A stretch of 63,940 bases of DNA, filler included, from Gemmatimonadota bacterium (lineage in GTDB: Bacteria; 4572-55; J002), in assembly GCA_003697105.1 (NCBI GenBank). It is 4 parts of 4 records of this genome, joined end to end, with 100 filler letters (N's around TTAATTAATTAA, not from the genome) between each part and the next. Parts side by side here need not be neighbours in the genome. Positions count along the whole stretch, not along the records: positions 17,556 to 39,259 come from RFFQ01000003.1; positions 39,360 to 59,780 come from RFFQ01000147.1; 2 more parts are not named here. One strand, written 5' to 3'. Both the position numbers and the translations under genes were made by a program. The notes under the pieces were generated by a model. That model did not search any database and was not told where the DNA came from. It saw nothing but the letters and a program-made list of their open reading frames with translations. This document shows, piece by piece, positions 29,763-39,486 of this stretch (within the stretch, counting starts at the first letter, position 1; the number at the start of each line of letters is the position of its first letter).

Positions 29763-31244
29763 TTATTCACCGGTAGATGCGTCTTGCTCCAGCATGATAT
29801 TTTTTTTCTCTTGCAGATAGTCCATGTGCTGTTGAGTCGCTTTTTCGCGCATCTCATCTCGCATATCAATCATCGGGAAGTCCTCATGGACATCACCGTT
29901 GACCAGTTTACCATTTTTCAGGATATGGGGGGTGATTTCAATCAGCAGTTCGGTGCGTTTGGTTTCCATGCTGTTATACCGGAACCAATTACCGATCAAG
30001 GGCAAGTTACTGAAAAATGGGAGGCGATATTCCGTATTCACGTCTTCAGAACCGAGGAAACCGCCGAGCACGACACGTTCACCATCTTTAACGATGACCG
30101 TAGTGGAGGCTTTACGCACTTTTGTACGAGGCAATTCGCCGTTGATAAGTTCCACCACAGAGCTTACTTCGGGGGTGACTTCCAAGGTGATGAAGCCATC
30201 GGCATTGACAATGGGCTTGATTTCAAGTTTCGTACCCACGTTTTCCCGTTCAATAGAAAAGCCGGTACCTCCACCGACCACAACGTTGGAGACGGTATAT
30301 GGAATCGTTTCCCCAATGTGCAAGTTTGCTTGGCGGTTGTTCATGGTGGTCAAACGGGTATCCGCCACGATTTCCGCCACGTTGTTTTTGAGCATAAAAT
30401 CGAGGGTGACATCAAAGGCGGTCAATTGCCGGCTGAAATGGCCGATATTGCTCAAGCCATCCAGAGGTTGGTAGCCTTGTTGGTCTGGCAGGATTTCAAA
30501 GTCACCCAATTCTTCAAACCGGCTTTCGCCAGCTTGGCCCAGCGTATAAATCCCTTCAGCCTCGGAATAACCGTTTTCAACCAAGATCGTGGTTAATTTG
30601 GTCAATTTTGACCAATCAATACCCATTTCGCGGGCATAGTTGGTCTCAACTTCAATAATACGGGTTTCCAACATAATTTGGAAGGAGGGTTTATCGATCT
30701 GATCGATAATATGGCGAATTTCTTCAATGGTTTTGGGATTGGTATTGATCAGCAACGCATTCCCCATCGGCAGGGTTTGCACATTATCGGTCAGGTCTGC
30801 CAGCAGGTCTTTGACTTCTTCCACATTGGCGTGCTGCAGTTCGATCAAATAGGGTTTTAAGCCGACTTCATCATCTTTGGTCAGGGTCTCGGTGGAGGCA
30901 ATCAGAAAGGAATTTCCGACAATTTCATAGGATAGACCGGAGGCGCGCACCACCAGATTGATGGCTTGTTCAATCGGGACATCTTGCAGGCGGATGGATA
31001 ATTTTTGAGCTTTATCGACTCCGGGACCCGTGACGATATTAAAACCGCTCTGTTCTGCCAGAATGGCTAAGACGCTGGGCAGGTAGGCTTCATCGGCATC
31101 CAGAGAGACCGGTGTATTTAAGTTAGCGGCAGAAGCGCCGGCGCCGCCCTGTGCAAAACCCACGAGCGGATAGCAAAGCATGAAAGAAACCAATAGAAAC
31201 GGAAGAGGTTTTATCAACAGACGAAAATTAGCAATTGGGTTCAT
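29763..31244 (-). CDS. pilQ: Secretin PilQ
   Basis: N0/N domains, QIMLETRIIEV, NVGTKLEIKP, VKDGERVVLGG, LPFFSNLPLIGNWF, ELLIEITPHI. Confidence 0.92.
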   Translation of the reverse strand: MNPIANFRLLIKPLPFLLVSFMLCYPLVGFAQGGAGASAANLNTPVSLDADEAYLPSVLAILAEQSGFNIVTGPGVDKAQKLSIRLQDVPIEQAINLVVRASGLSYEIVGNSFLIASTETLTKDDEVGLKPYLIELQHANVEEVKDLLADLTDNVQTLPMGNALLINTNPKTIEEIRHIIDQIDKPSFQIMLETRIIEVETNYAREMGIDWSKLTKLTTILVENGYSEAEGIYTLGQAGESRFEELGDFEILPDQQGYQPLDGLSNIGHFSRQLTAFDVTLDFMLKNNVAEIVADTRLTTMNNRQANLHIGETIPYTVSNVVVGGGTGFSIERENVGTKLEIKPIVNADGFITLEVTPEVSSVVELINGELPRTKVRKASTTVIVKDGERVVLGGFLGSEDVNTEYRLPFFSNLPLIGNWFRYNSMETKRTELLIEITPHILKNGKLVNGDVHEDFPMIDMRDEMREKATQQHMDYLQEKKNIMLEQDASTGE

Positions 31245-31250
31245 TATGGC

Positions 31251-31808
31251 TTACCTTTCTTCGGTACGGGATTGTTGAACGGCACGTCGGGAAAGTAGCA
31301 CAAGTTCTCGACCGTTGGGTTGTTGCAGGATTACCCGCTCCCGCTCGATCCGGAGAACTTTGCGACCTTCGATCTCGTCACCTTCTTTGACAATATAACT
31401 ATTACCTTTATAGCGAATCACAGCCGTGCGCTCCGAGGAGGCAACAACCGTCGCATTGAGGGAGAACCCCTCCACCGCATTCAGTTGTTCTAAGCGCTTG
31501 CGTTCCTCTTCTCGCCGCCGTTCTTCTTCTTTTTTTGCCAGCGCCGGCGGGATGAACGTAATTACACGGGTCATCTGCAACGGATTGACTTGGGTCTTAA
31601 ACTCTAAGGAATAGCGCTCGACCAAATCCGCTTCCAACTGCGAGACGATCCGTTCCAAGTCACTATCCAACCGTTGTGTTGCGGTGTCGGGTTCAATATG
31701 GCGAATTTGTTGGGCATTGCGGTGCAAATGGTACACGGAATACAACGCCAGCATTAGCAATAATATCGCAAACAACGTAAAAATGTCTTTGGCTAGGTCT
31801 GACTTCAT
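31251..31808 (-). CDS. PilP/GspC-like alignment protein
   Basis: Position between pilO and pilQ; N-terminal anchor; C-terminal AVI...YIVKEGDEIEG.KVLRIERERVIL. Confidence 0.65.
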   Translation of the reverse strand: MKSDLAKDIFTLFAILLLMLALYSVYHLHRNAQQIRHIEPDTATQRLDSDLERIVSQLEADLVERYSLEFKTQVNPLQMTRVITFIPPALAKKEEERRREEERKRLEQLNAVEGFSLNATVVASSERTAVIRYKGNSYIVKEGDEIEGRKVLRIERERVILQQPNGRELVLLSRRAVQQSRTEER

Positions 31809-32389
31809 AAGCTCTGATCTTCTTTCACAAGGGTCAAAGTACTGATGGTCAATTTCATTTCGTAGGTATCCAATTCGCGGTCTTTGCGGGGGGAGATAAA
31901 ATCATAAGGGCTGTTTAACACATCAAATTTCTGGATGTTTGTCAGCCGTTCGGAACGTTCTAGCTCCGCCACAAAGTTTCCGAATTGCTTGTAATTACAG
32001 AGAATGTGAAGATCATGGGTGGTGCGGTAAAAGCGGTCGCTGGCAGTTTGTCGGGTGGATTGGTTTGGTTCTACCGCAATCAAGGTAATGTTGTACTTAT
32101 CCAGTACCGGCGTGAGGTATTTGAGGAAGTCTAGCGAGCGTTCCTTTACCAGCGAATCGCTCTGAGACATTGCCAAATTTCCTTCAATTAGCCGCGCCAC
32201 TTCTTTCACTTCACGATTCAAAATCCGGGCACCGATCAGTTGTTCCTCTTGTTTTTGGATTTCGTAATCCACATTACGAATTTCCCGTAGTTTGGCGTTG
32301 TACAGAACAAACGTGTAATAGAGAATCGCGGCGCCAATCAACACAAAAATCAAGGTAAAAACGGTGTATTTAGACATAAGCTTACTCAA
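31805..32389 (-). CDS. pilO: PilO
   Basis: TM plus coiled coil; NYKQFGNFVAELERSERL motif; position in pilMNOPQ; start may be ATG 32377. Confidence 0.8.
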   Translation of the reverse strand: MSKLMSKYTVFTLIFVLIGAAILYYTFVLYNAKLREIRNVDYEIQKQEEQLIGARILNREVKEVARLIEGNLAMSQSDSLVKERSLDFLKYLTPVLDKYNITLIAVEPNQSTRQTASDRFYRTTHDLHILCNYKQFGNFVAELERSERLTNIQKFDVLNSPYDFISPRKDRELDTYEMKLTISTLTLVKEDQSL

Positions 32390-33029
32390 CTACCATCATT
32401 TGAGGCTCGGAAGAAGAGGCACTTGCCTCCGGTGAACGTACTTTACACACCAATCCAAATTCGAGCACACGCTGTTCGCCGACATTGATGTGCTTGGAGA
32501 AATCAAAATCCACATCCAGAAAATCCGCCGACAAGGTGGAATCGGCCCGGATCGAGTCAATCAATGCCAAGACAAAATCCAACTCCTTTTGGTCTTTGCG
32601 GACTTCAGTCAAGCCTTCCAATTGGAAGAGGTTGCGGTCTTGATCGTAAGACATTTTGGTATAAACCGCTTTCGCCGGAATCACCTCTGCGAGTGCCGCC
32701 AATTTTGGCGTCCAGAGCAATCGATTTTGCTCGAGTGCGGCGAGGACGCGGACATCTTCTTCAGATACATAGCGCGGACTTTTTTGTAACTGGCTCAGTT
32801 CCGCGTTGATATCCGCCAGTCGTTGCCGGCGTTCTGCCAATTTAGCGTTGATGTCCTCGTGATAGCGGTAGCCCCAGGCGAGAATCGCGCCCAACACCAT
32901 AAAATACAGTAGCATCCAGACCCAGAAGAATCGCTTCCGGCGAGCTTCTTCCCGGCTTTCTAGTGCGACTTTGTTGAGATTGATTCTAAAACCAATCGTG
33001 GTTGAAAGTTCCGTCATGGTTGCATCCAC
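32382..33029 (-). CDS. pilN: PilN
   Basis: INL motif before the TM helix, coiled coil, W...L..L...IP; follows pilM; start may be ATG 33017. Confidence 0.8.
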   Translation of the reverse strand: MDATMTELSTTIGFRINLNKVALESREEARRKRFFWVWMLLYFMVLGAILAWGYRYHEDINAKLAERRQRLADINAELSQLQKSPRYVSEEDVRVLAALEQNRLLWTPKLAALAEVIPAKAVYTKMSYDQDRNLFQLEGLTEVRKDQKELDFVLALIDSIRADSTLSADFLDVDFDFSKHINVGEQRVLEFGLVCKVRSPEASASSSEPQMMVVE

Positions 33030-33119
33030 ATTAAAAGTTCAAAAAATGAGGTTCCCCGGTGGTATGCGAAGACACACACCTCCGACAGGTTTCGCACCCA
33101 CTGAGGAACCAAAACAGAC

Positions 33120-34211
33120 TTATTCGCCGAATCGCAGTGCTAACCCAACCGCTTGCGCGATTTGTGGTTCTTCACTGACACCCATGTTCCCCGGTAAGTT
33201 CATATATTCCAATGGGTTATAAACTGATACAGGTAAATGGAGTTGCCCCGAGAGAAACGCATCCATGCTGTGAATTTTCGCCGAACCGCCGGTCAGCAGC
33301 ACCCGGGAAAAATCATTGCGACCCGATTCCTTGAAGTAGTAGCGCAAGGAGCGCCGGACTTCGTCCACCAACATCTCTTGGGTCTGCTTTTCCGCCAAAC
33401 TAATTGACGGACGGCTCATTTTGACCGAGGTCACCGGGTCATTATCATCAATATCGGCTTGCGGGAAAATCCCTTTGTCATATTTGATCTGCTCACCGAC
33501 GCCAAAATCCACATCATACTCACGCATCAGATCATGGGTAAAGTGATTTCCACCGTAGGGAATATCGCGGGTAAAAAATAAGCCTTTACGGTGGTAAATC
33601 GCTAAGACAGACCGGGTCGCTCCGATATTTAGGATGACCACAATTTCATCATCATTGACGGCATTGAGCAGGACATAGGAATTGACCAGCGCCAAGCTAT
33701 CCACATCGATTACCGGAGCGGTCTCTTTGATACCGATTTGTTGCAATAACGCGGCATGTTTGGTGTATGCTTTGCGGGTCGTCACCACCAACAAGACATC
33801 AATTTTGCCTTGGTCTTTATCTTCACCTAAAATTTGGTAATCAAGGATGATTTCACTACTACCAACGGGCAGGTGTTTGCGGGCTTCAAAACGCAGGGAG
33901 GATTCAAGTTCGTCTTCCGTGAGTGAAACCGTTTTAATTTGCTTGACACTAACGGCTTCACCCCCAATGGAGGTGTAAATTTGTTTCAAGCGTTTGGGAT
34001 CAATTTTGAGTCGCTTGAACACATCGGAGAGCGCCGAAACGTATTCGACGGTATTATCTTTTTCGGCATCATACTCTTTGCCTTCGGGGAAAATTTCTTG
34101 GATAGCATAATTGACCAACTTAACTTGATCATGTTTGCGTTCCAACTGTACGAGTTTGATACTGTGGGTTCCAATATCCAAACCAACGGCAGTTTTTTTA
34201 TTTCCAAGCAT
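33120..34211 (-). CDS. pilM: PilM (actin-like)
   Basis: VGLDIGTHSIKLVQL, LNIGA, GGNHFT, LLTGGSA, YNPL, AVGLALR. Confidence 0.93.
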   Translation of the reverse strand: MLGNKKTAVGLDIGTHSIKLVQLERKHDQVKLVNYAIQEIFPEGKEYDAEKDNTVEYVSALSDVFKRLKIDPKRLKQIYTSIGGEAVSVKQIKTVSLTEDELESSLRFEARKHLPVGSSEIILDYQILGEDKDQGKIDVLLVVTTRKAYTKHAALLQQIGIKETAPVIDVDSLALVNSYVLLNAVNDDEIVVILNIGATRSVLAIYHRKGLFFTRDIPYGGNHFTHDLMREYDVDFGVGEQIKYDKGIFPQADIDDNDPVTSVKMSRPSISLAEKQTQEMLVDEVRRSLRYYFKESGRNDFSRVLLTGGSAKIHSMDAFLSGQLHLPVSVYNPLEYMNLPGNMGVSEEPQIAQAVGLALRFGE

Positions 34212-34305
34212 TCGACTATTGTTGTGCCTTTCTTTCGTAAGCTCAAAGGGTTAGGTGAGAGAAAACCGGAACCACCGGACGGGCAGTTCCGGTCAATCGA
34301 TACGA

Positions 34306-35925
34306 TTAATCATTCACACCGGTCATTTCCCGCCAATTATAGCGAACATAAGATTTACCACCATTTGCGTATTCAACTTCGATATAATCCGGTGGGGATT
34401 GGGTATAAAAGCGTTCATCATAGTGATAATCTTTATCGTGAAACCCGCCATGATTGCCGAAATTATTACAACCGGCATCCGAATAGGTACGGTGGACATA
34501 CCCGCGATACCGTTGCGCAATGGCACCCCAAAATGTTAAGACGGTCCCCTCATGGGGTAGCTCATGCATCCACGGTTCATTAGATGACAACCGGGCGGCG
34601 TCCGTTTCTAACCCACACATATGTTGTACCGTAAACGCACCCCGGTCTTCTGGGTAAACACCATCACCCAGTGCCGCAATGGCGGCATTCAGTACCAAGC
34701 CCCACTCCTGACCCCGAAACCGAAACTGACGATTTGCCGCACTATTGGCAATGATCACCCGCTTTTCAGAGATAATCCCCAGATAATTTTTACTATTTTC
34801 CGGGGGTTTACCCAACATCCCACGTATAAAATTGAGGGTATCGGAATCAGCATAGTAAAGATGATCGCTGATGTAAATATTACCACTGGCACCCACACTT
34901 AAATTGCCTTTAAATACCCCTTTTAGTTCGACCACGCCATCAATAAACCAAGACCCTCCTTCGGGCCACTGGGGAATGCTAACACCGGTAAATAACGTAT
35001 CGACAATCCGGTCAGCATGAGGACCGCCCGGTTGTCCCGCCCAGTCCACATGGTAGGAGAGAGGATTCCCCGGTTGGCGAAAGCGGTGGCGAGTCACTTT
35101 TGCTCGCCCGCTCCGTTTAAACTCAATGCGTACGGCAACTTCTTCTTCTTCTTGTGTTTCAGGGTTCCACCAGTGGGTTGAGAAGCGACGAATCGCATTG
35201 TTTCGCACATTTTCCGCATTGTGGGGATACACAATTGGTGGGACACCAAGTTCATACCCGCCCAGAAAGACTTCTTCGGGGTCTTCAGGACCTCCGCCCA
35301 GCGGATGCGTCCATGTGATATCTTCACTGGCACTTTGCACAAAATCCCGGAAAATCGGTGTTCGGGGTTGGGGCGAACTGCGAGTTGCCAGTGCCAGTTG
35401 GTCGTTGGTATATACTTTACCGGTAATATCATCACCATACCGGAAAGTGACCAGATCAAAATTATCCGGCTCGCGTTCGCTATCCGTAAAGTAAAAGTAT
35501 TGAGCCAATGTCTCTTGGAGGTAATTGGCAATAGCGGTACGCGAGGTATTATCCGGTAATTTACGACCGCGATCATCTGCTAAAACGGCATAGGAGGAAA
35601 AGCTGGGCATGCCATTTTCATACGTGGGGGTCATTCCGATAAACCCAATCACTTCTTCACGCCGCCCATGCAAACTTTTGCGTGTCATTTTGTGTTCGGG
35701 GACTTTCCGGTGGGATAGATTACCGGAAGTTTCATTCATGACATCCTGAATGTTATTTGCCTGCTCCAACATGACTAACTGTTGCACCCGGTCGATCTCG
35801 ATATCGACAACGTGCATGTGATACGCCGCCATTGCCAGATATCCGGCACTAATAAGCCCACCAACCAGCAACAATGCCATAACCAACACAATGCTAAAAC
35901 CATGTTCCGATGGGACATTCCGCAT
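34306..35925 (-). CDS. Large PilX/GspK-like minor pilin
   Basis: G|FSIVLVM prepilin site lacking Glu5; strong SD AAGGAGGTGA before ATG 35925; C-terminal KDYHYDERF...PP. Confidence 0.75.
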   Translation of the reverse strand: MRNVPSEHGFSIVLVMALLLVGGLISAGYLAMAAYHMHVVDIEIDRVQQLVMLEQANNIQDVMNETSGNLSHRKVPEHKMTRKSLHGRREEVIGFIGMTPTYENGMPSFSSYAVLADDRGRKLPDNTSRTAIANYLQETLAQYFYFTDSEREPDNFDLVTFRYGDDITGKVYTNDQLALATRSSPQPRTPIFRDFVQSASEDITWTHPLGGGPEDPEEVFLGGYELGVPPIVYPHNAENVRNNAIRRFSTHWWNPETQEEEEVAVRIEFKRSGRAKVTRHRFRQPGNPLSYHVDWAGQPGGPHADRIVDTLFTGVSIPQWPEGGSWFIDGVVELKGVFKGNLSVGASGNIYISDHLYYADSDTLNFIRGMLGKPPENSKNYLGIISEKRVIIANSAANRQFRFRGQEWGLVLNAAIAALGDGVYPEDRGAFTVQHMCGLETDAARLSSNEPWMHELPHEGTVLTFWGAIAQRYRGYVHRTYSDAGCNNFGNHGGFHDKDYHYDERFYTQSPPDYIEVEYANGGKSYVRYNWREMTGVND

Positions 35926-35941
35926 GAAGCGGATCACCTCC

Positions 35942-36730
35942 TTAAAATGAGTTACCGTGTTCCGCGATAACTTGATGTGTCGTGTTTTGTAGATGAACTA
36001 ACTGCTCAAACTCTTGGATATCCAAAACGTCACCATTGCGGTCAGTCACTTGGATAGCATAGCGCATCAGCAGATAATTTCGGGGACTTTCACCGTGTTT
36101 TCTCTTAAAATCAAAGCCATTGGGGAGTTTTTCGAGCTGATTTCCGGGGATAAACTCACAGTTGATGACGGAAATATTGGAAGGTAATGCTTGCGGGATT
36201 AACCGGCGGGCTTGGTGTCGTTTTTCATCCTGAGCTAACTCTCGCCCTAAATCATCCTTCCAACCGGGATAGGTGATGTAAATCGCCCGTTGGGCTTTAT
36301 CGTTTCGCGAATCCCGGTCTCGATTGCTAATTTTACCCCATTTGATCTCCACTTGCCATTCCGAACCGGCTTTAATACGCCGGTCACGGGTGATTTCTGA
36401 GCCGTATAGGGTCAGTTTTGCGTTTTTCTTACCTTGATAACTTTCAATTTTATAGTCTTGCGCCGTATTGATCCCCTTGCGATAGGCTTCGTAGCCGCCT
36501 CGCCGGCTCGTGGAGGCAATACCATCCGCAATCCAGTTCATCATCAAGGAAAGATTCATCTGAAGATCAATGATGCCGGAGGTTTCGTCATAATCTGCTT
36601 CGGCAAAGTTGACCGTCTGCAACAAACTCCAAGAAACAACAGACATAATACTGATGATTGTTAAGACGGTTCCCACCTCATAAAGGGTCAACCCGCGTTG
36701 ATGTTTCAACCGCATAAAAGACATGGACAT
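35942..36730 (-). CDS. PilW-like minor pilin
   Basis: QRG|LTLYEV prepilin motif; SD AGGAGG before ATG 36730. Confidence 0.75.
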   Translation of the reverse strand: MSMSFMRLKHQRGLTLYEVGTVLTIISIMSVVSWSLLQTVNFAEADYDETSGIIDLQMNLSLMMNWIADGIASTSRRGGYEAYRKGINTAQDYKIESYQGKKNAKLTLYGSEITRDRRIKAGSEWQVEIKWGKISNRDRDSRNDKAQRAIYITYPGWKDDLGRELAQDEKRHQARRLIPQALPSNISVINCEFIPGNQLEKLPNGFDFKRKHGESPRNYLLMRYAIQVTDRNGDVLDIQEFEQLVHLQNTTHQVIAEHGNSF

Positions 36731-36740
36731 AAACCTCCTG

Positions 36741-37202
36741 CTAGTTTGCCCGAAACCAAACATCATTGGATAATCGAACCGCGTTATCTTCCGTTTTGCG
36801 GATACGACCATCACCGTTACTATCCCACCAAACGATCACATCGAGTTCCCGGCGGGCAACACTGGGACCGTATGTCGTTTCACTTTTCATATCCCCGACA
36901 ACCCACTCAACTTCAGCCGTAACTCGGGTGGAACCGTCACTGAAGACATCCAAGGGGTATTCATAGGAACGCCAATTTCGGACATTGTTCGGATTGGCTT
37001 TGACATATTCCGAGAGCATAATCAAGTCAGACCGTGCTTTCCGGAGCGCTTTTAGCCGTAATTCTTGTTGCTGGACGATCTCTTGCCCATACACAAACGC
37101 CAGATAAAAGGCAACCACACCAATCGTCATAATTAAAATCGCTGTTACCAACTCAATGAGGGTAAAGCCGCAAGATTGGCGCTGAAACAGACGAGATCGC
37201 AT
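36741..37202 (-). CDS. PilV-like minor pilin
   Basis: CG|FTLIELV prepilin motif; SD GGGAG before ATG 37202. Confidence 0.8.
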   Translation of the reverse strand: MRSRLFQRQSCGFTLIELVTAILIMTIGVVAFYLAFVYGQEIVQQQELRLKALRKARSDLIMLSEYVKANPNNVRNWRSYEYPLDVFSDGSTRVTAEVEWVVGDMKSETTYGPSVARRELDVIVWWDSNGDGRIRKTEDNAVRLSNDVWFRAN

Positions 37203-37227
37203 CGTAAAGTCTCCCGGAGTCCTCGGA

Positions 37228-38274
37228 TTAGCGCATGAACCATTCTGGGTCATCCGCTACTTTTGCCGCATCGGCTTTGTTAATCTTACCTTCCACAACC
37301 AAGCGACGCAGATCGTCATCCAGAGTCTGCATACCAACATGGCTACTGGATTGAATCACCGACGGAATTTCATAAATTTTATTTTCCCGGATTAGGTTCC
37401 GCACGGCCGGCGTGGCGATCATCACCTCTGCACCGACAACCCGCCCTTTACCATCTTTGGTGGGCAGCAATTTCTGGTTGATCACACCTTCCAGTGATTC
37501 CGACAACATGGATCGAATTTGCGGTTGTTGCTCACTGGGAAAGATATCGATAATCCGGTTGATCGTTTTAGGAGCACCACTGGTATGTACCGTGGAAAGC
37601 ACCAAGTGACCGGTTTCGGAGGCGGTCAAGGCCAATTGCACCGTTTCCCGGTCTCGCATTTCCCCTACGAGAATCACATCGGGGTCTTCACGCAACGCCG
37701 CCCGTAACGCATTGGCAAAGGAATGCGTTGTTGCCCCTAATTCCCGCTGATTGATTAGTGAATTTTTACTGCTGTGGAAAAACTCTACCGGGTCTTCGAT
37801 GGTGATGATATGGCATTGCCGGTTCTCATTGATATGATTGATCATTGTTGCGAGGGTGGTTGTTTTCCCACTTCCGGTGGGTCCGGTCAACAAGACTAAC
37901 CCGCGGTCTTTTAGAGCTAAGTCTCGCAAGACAAGCGGAATGCCGAGTTCTTCAAACCCTTTAATTTCCTCTGGGATCGTACGAAAAACCGCGCCAATCC
38001 CCAAAATCTGGTGAAACACATTGACCCGAAACCGGGCGACATTGGGCAAGGCATAGGAAAAGTCAATCTCAAAATCCCGTTCCAGTTTCTCCTTTTGATC
38101 CCCTTTCAGGATTTCGTAGATCATATCTTTTAATTTACCATTTTCCAAATTCACCGGCAGATTGAGCTTGCGCATGGTACCATTGATCCGCACCATTGGT
38201 GTGGATCCCGTACTCAAGTGCAAATCGGAGGCACCAGATTCTTTGGAAAAGGCTAAAAGCTCATCAATATGCAT
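37228..38274 (-). CDS. pilT: Retraction ATPase PilT
   Basis: ASDLHL, GPTGSGKTTT, LREDPD, TGHLVLSTVH, AVRNLIRE (AIRNLIRE motif), GMQTL. Confidence 0.96.
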   Translation of the reverse strand: MHIDELLAFSKESGASDLHLSTGSTPMVRINGTMRKLNLPVNLENGKLKDMIYEILKGDQKEKLERDFEIDFSYALPNVARFRVNVFHQILGIGAVFRTIPEEIKGFEELGIPLVLRDLALKDRGLVLLTGPTGSGKTTTLATMINHINENRQCHIITIEDPVEFFHSSKNSLINQRELGATTHSFANALRAALREDPDVILVGEMRDRETVQLALTASETGHLVLSTVHTSGAPKTINRIIDIFPSEQQPQIRSMLSESLEGVINQKLLPTKDGKGRVVGAEVMIATPAVRNLIRENKIYEIPSVIQSSSHVGMQTLDDDLRRLVVEGKINKADAAKVADDPEWFMR

Positions 38275-38298
38275 AATAACTACCCTTCAATCAAAGAG

Positions 38299-38733
38299 TT
38301 ACTGCTGTGTGTCATCGCCATGCCCATAACCGGAGAACTTCGCCGTTTCCACATCAAACCGGACGGTGCGACCCGCGCCACCGGGCATATTAGCGGTACT
38401 GGTAGCTTGAATCGACGTTAGATTATCCCCACCGCCGACGATGCTAAACTGCCAATTATCCAAAGTCGCTTGTTCGAGGGTTAACCCCGCATTCCGCAAA
38501 TCATTCAGGCTAGCCGTATAGGAGCCATAACGCTGATAATAAACTTGATTTGCCCGCCAAATTGCCGAAATAGCAGTTTCAGCTTCAGCCGCCCGCGCAC
38601 CTTCAACATATTGCAGATACAGGGGCACCGCAATCGCCGCCAAAATGGCTACAATAATCACCACAATCAAAATTTCGACCAGCGTAAAACCAGACCGCTG
38701 TTGCCGATTAAAGCTATTACAAATGTTGCTCAT
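38299..38733 (-). CDS. pilA: Type IVa major pilin candidate
   Basis: SG|FTLVEILIVVIIVAILAAIAVP; SD AAGGAG before ATG 38733; first gene of the cluster. Confidence 0.85.
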   Translation of the reverse strand: MSNICNSFNRQQRSGFTLVEILIVVIIVAILAAIAVPLYLQYVEGARAAEAETAISAIWRANQVYYQRYGSYTASLNDLRNAGLTLEQATLDNWQFSIVGGGDNLTSIQATSTANMPGGAGRTVRFDVETAKFSGYGHGDDTQQ

Positions 38734-38901
38734 GTGAGAATACTCCTTCAACAAAAATAGATTGGAATTGAAACGTTGGAAAAAAGATATAAAAAAAACC
38801 CACATCTCCTAAATAAAACCGGTTTATTTAGACGTTGGGTTTTCGGGAAATGGATTGCAGCAGTTGGGAAAAAGCAGTAGGGGAATCGCTAATGTGGAAA
38901 G

Positions 38902-38930
38902 AAGATAGCATAAATCCGAAAAGGTGTCAA
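38902..38930 (-). promoter_or_regulatory. sigma70-type promoter upstream of pilA
   Basis: TTGACA-N17-TATCTT with extended -10 TG. Confidence 0.65.
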
Positions 38931-39259
38931 GAAAAAAATCAGAAGGGGATCCAATAGCACCTGTTTTAATTTCAGCAAATTACGTTCGCTATAAAATATA
39001 TCGTGTTCTAAAACCCAACACCCTTCTAACTAATGTGTTGAAAAATAGTTAGTAAGAATTCAGGTGCCAAAGCGGAAGGCAAACCTCCCCCGGCATTAAT
39101 GTGCATTAAATTATCGTGTTTTAAATCCCTAAGATGTGTCTTATCACCTAAGTACACGTCAAAAGTGTAATAACTCTTTTGAATTCAATGGGTTTCAGAT
39201 GTATATAGGCAATGATTGATTGTAATTCATCAAGCCCGTATCGAAACAAACTGATTTCA

Positions 39260-39359
39260 NNNNNNNNNNNNNNNNNNNNNNNNNNNNNNNNNNNNNNNNN
39301 NNNTTAATTAATTAANNNNNNNNNNNNNNNNNNNNNNNNNNNNNNNNNNNNNNNNNNNN
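39260..39359. other. Artificial contig linker
   Basis: 44 N + TTAATTAATTAA + 44 N. Confidence 0.98.
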
Positions 39360-39486
39360 GCGCTATTCATACAGCCTAAAAGGTCACTTTTGGCGAAGGT
39401 ATTGATAATACTCTTGTGAAATTCGATAAAAGCCGGTATAATCACGCTCGTTATTCACATTTTAGTCATGGAAAAAGGAGAACAAA

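Noticed and set aside
29736-30596. 286-aa plus-strand ORF
   Set aside because: Antisense shadow of pilQ with no recognisable motifs
33939-34583. 214-aa plus-strand ORF
   Set aside because: Overlaps pilM and the pilX-like gene antisense; no motifs
39054-39070. Possible sigma54 promoter for pilA (TGGCAC on minus strand)
   Set aside because: The -12 element reads TTCT rather than TTGC; a good sigma70 promoter lies closer
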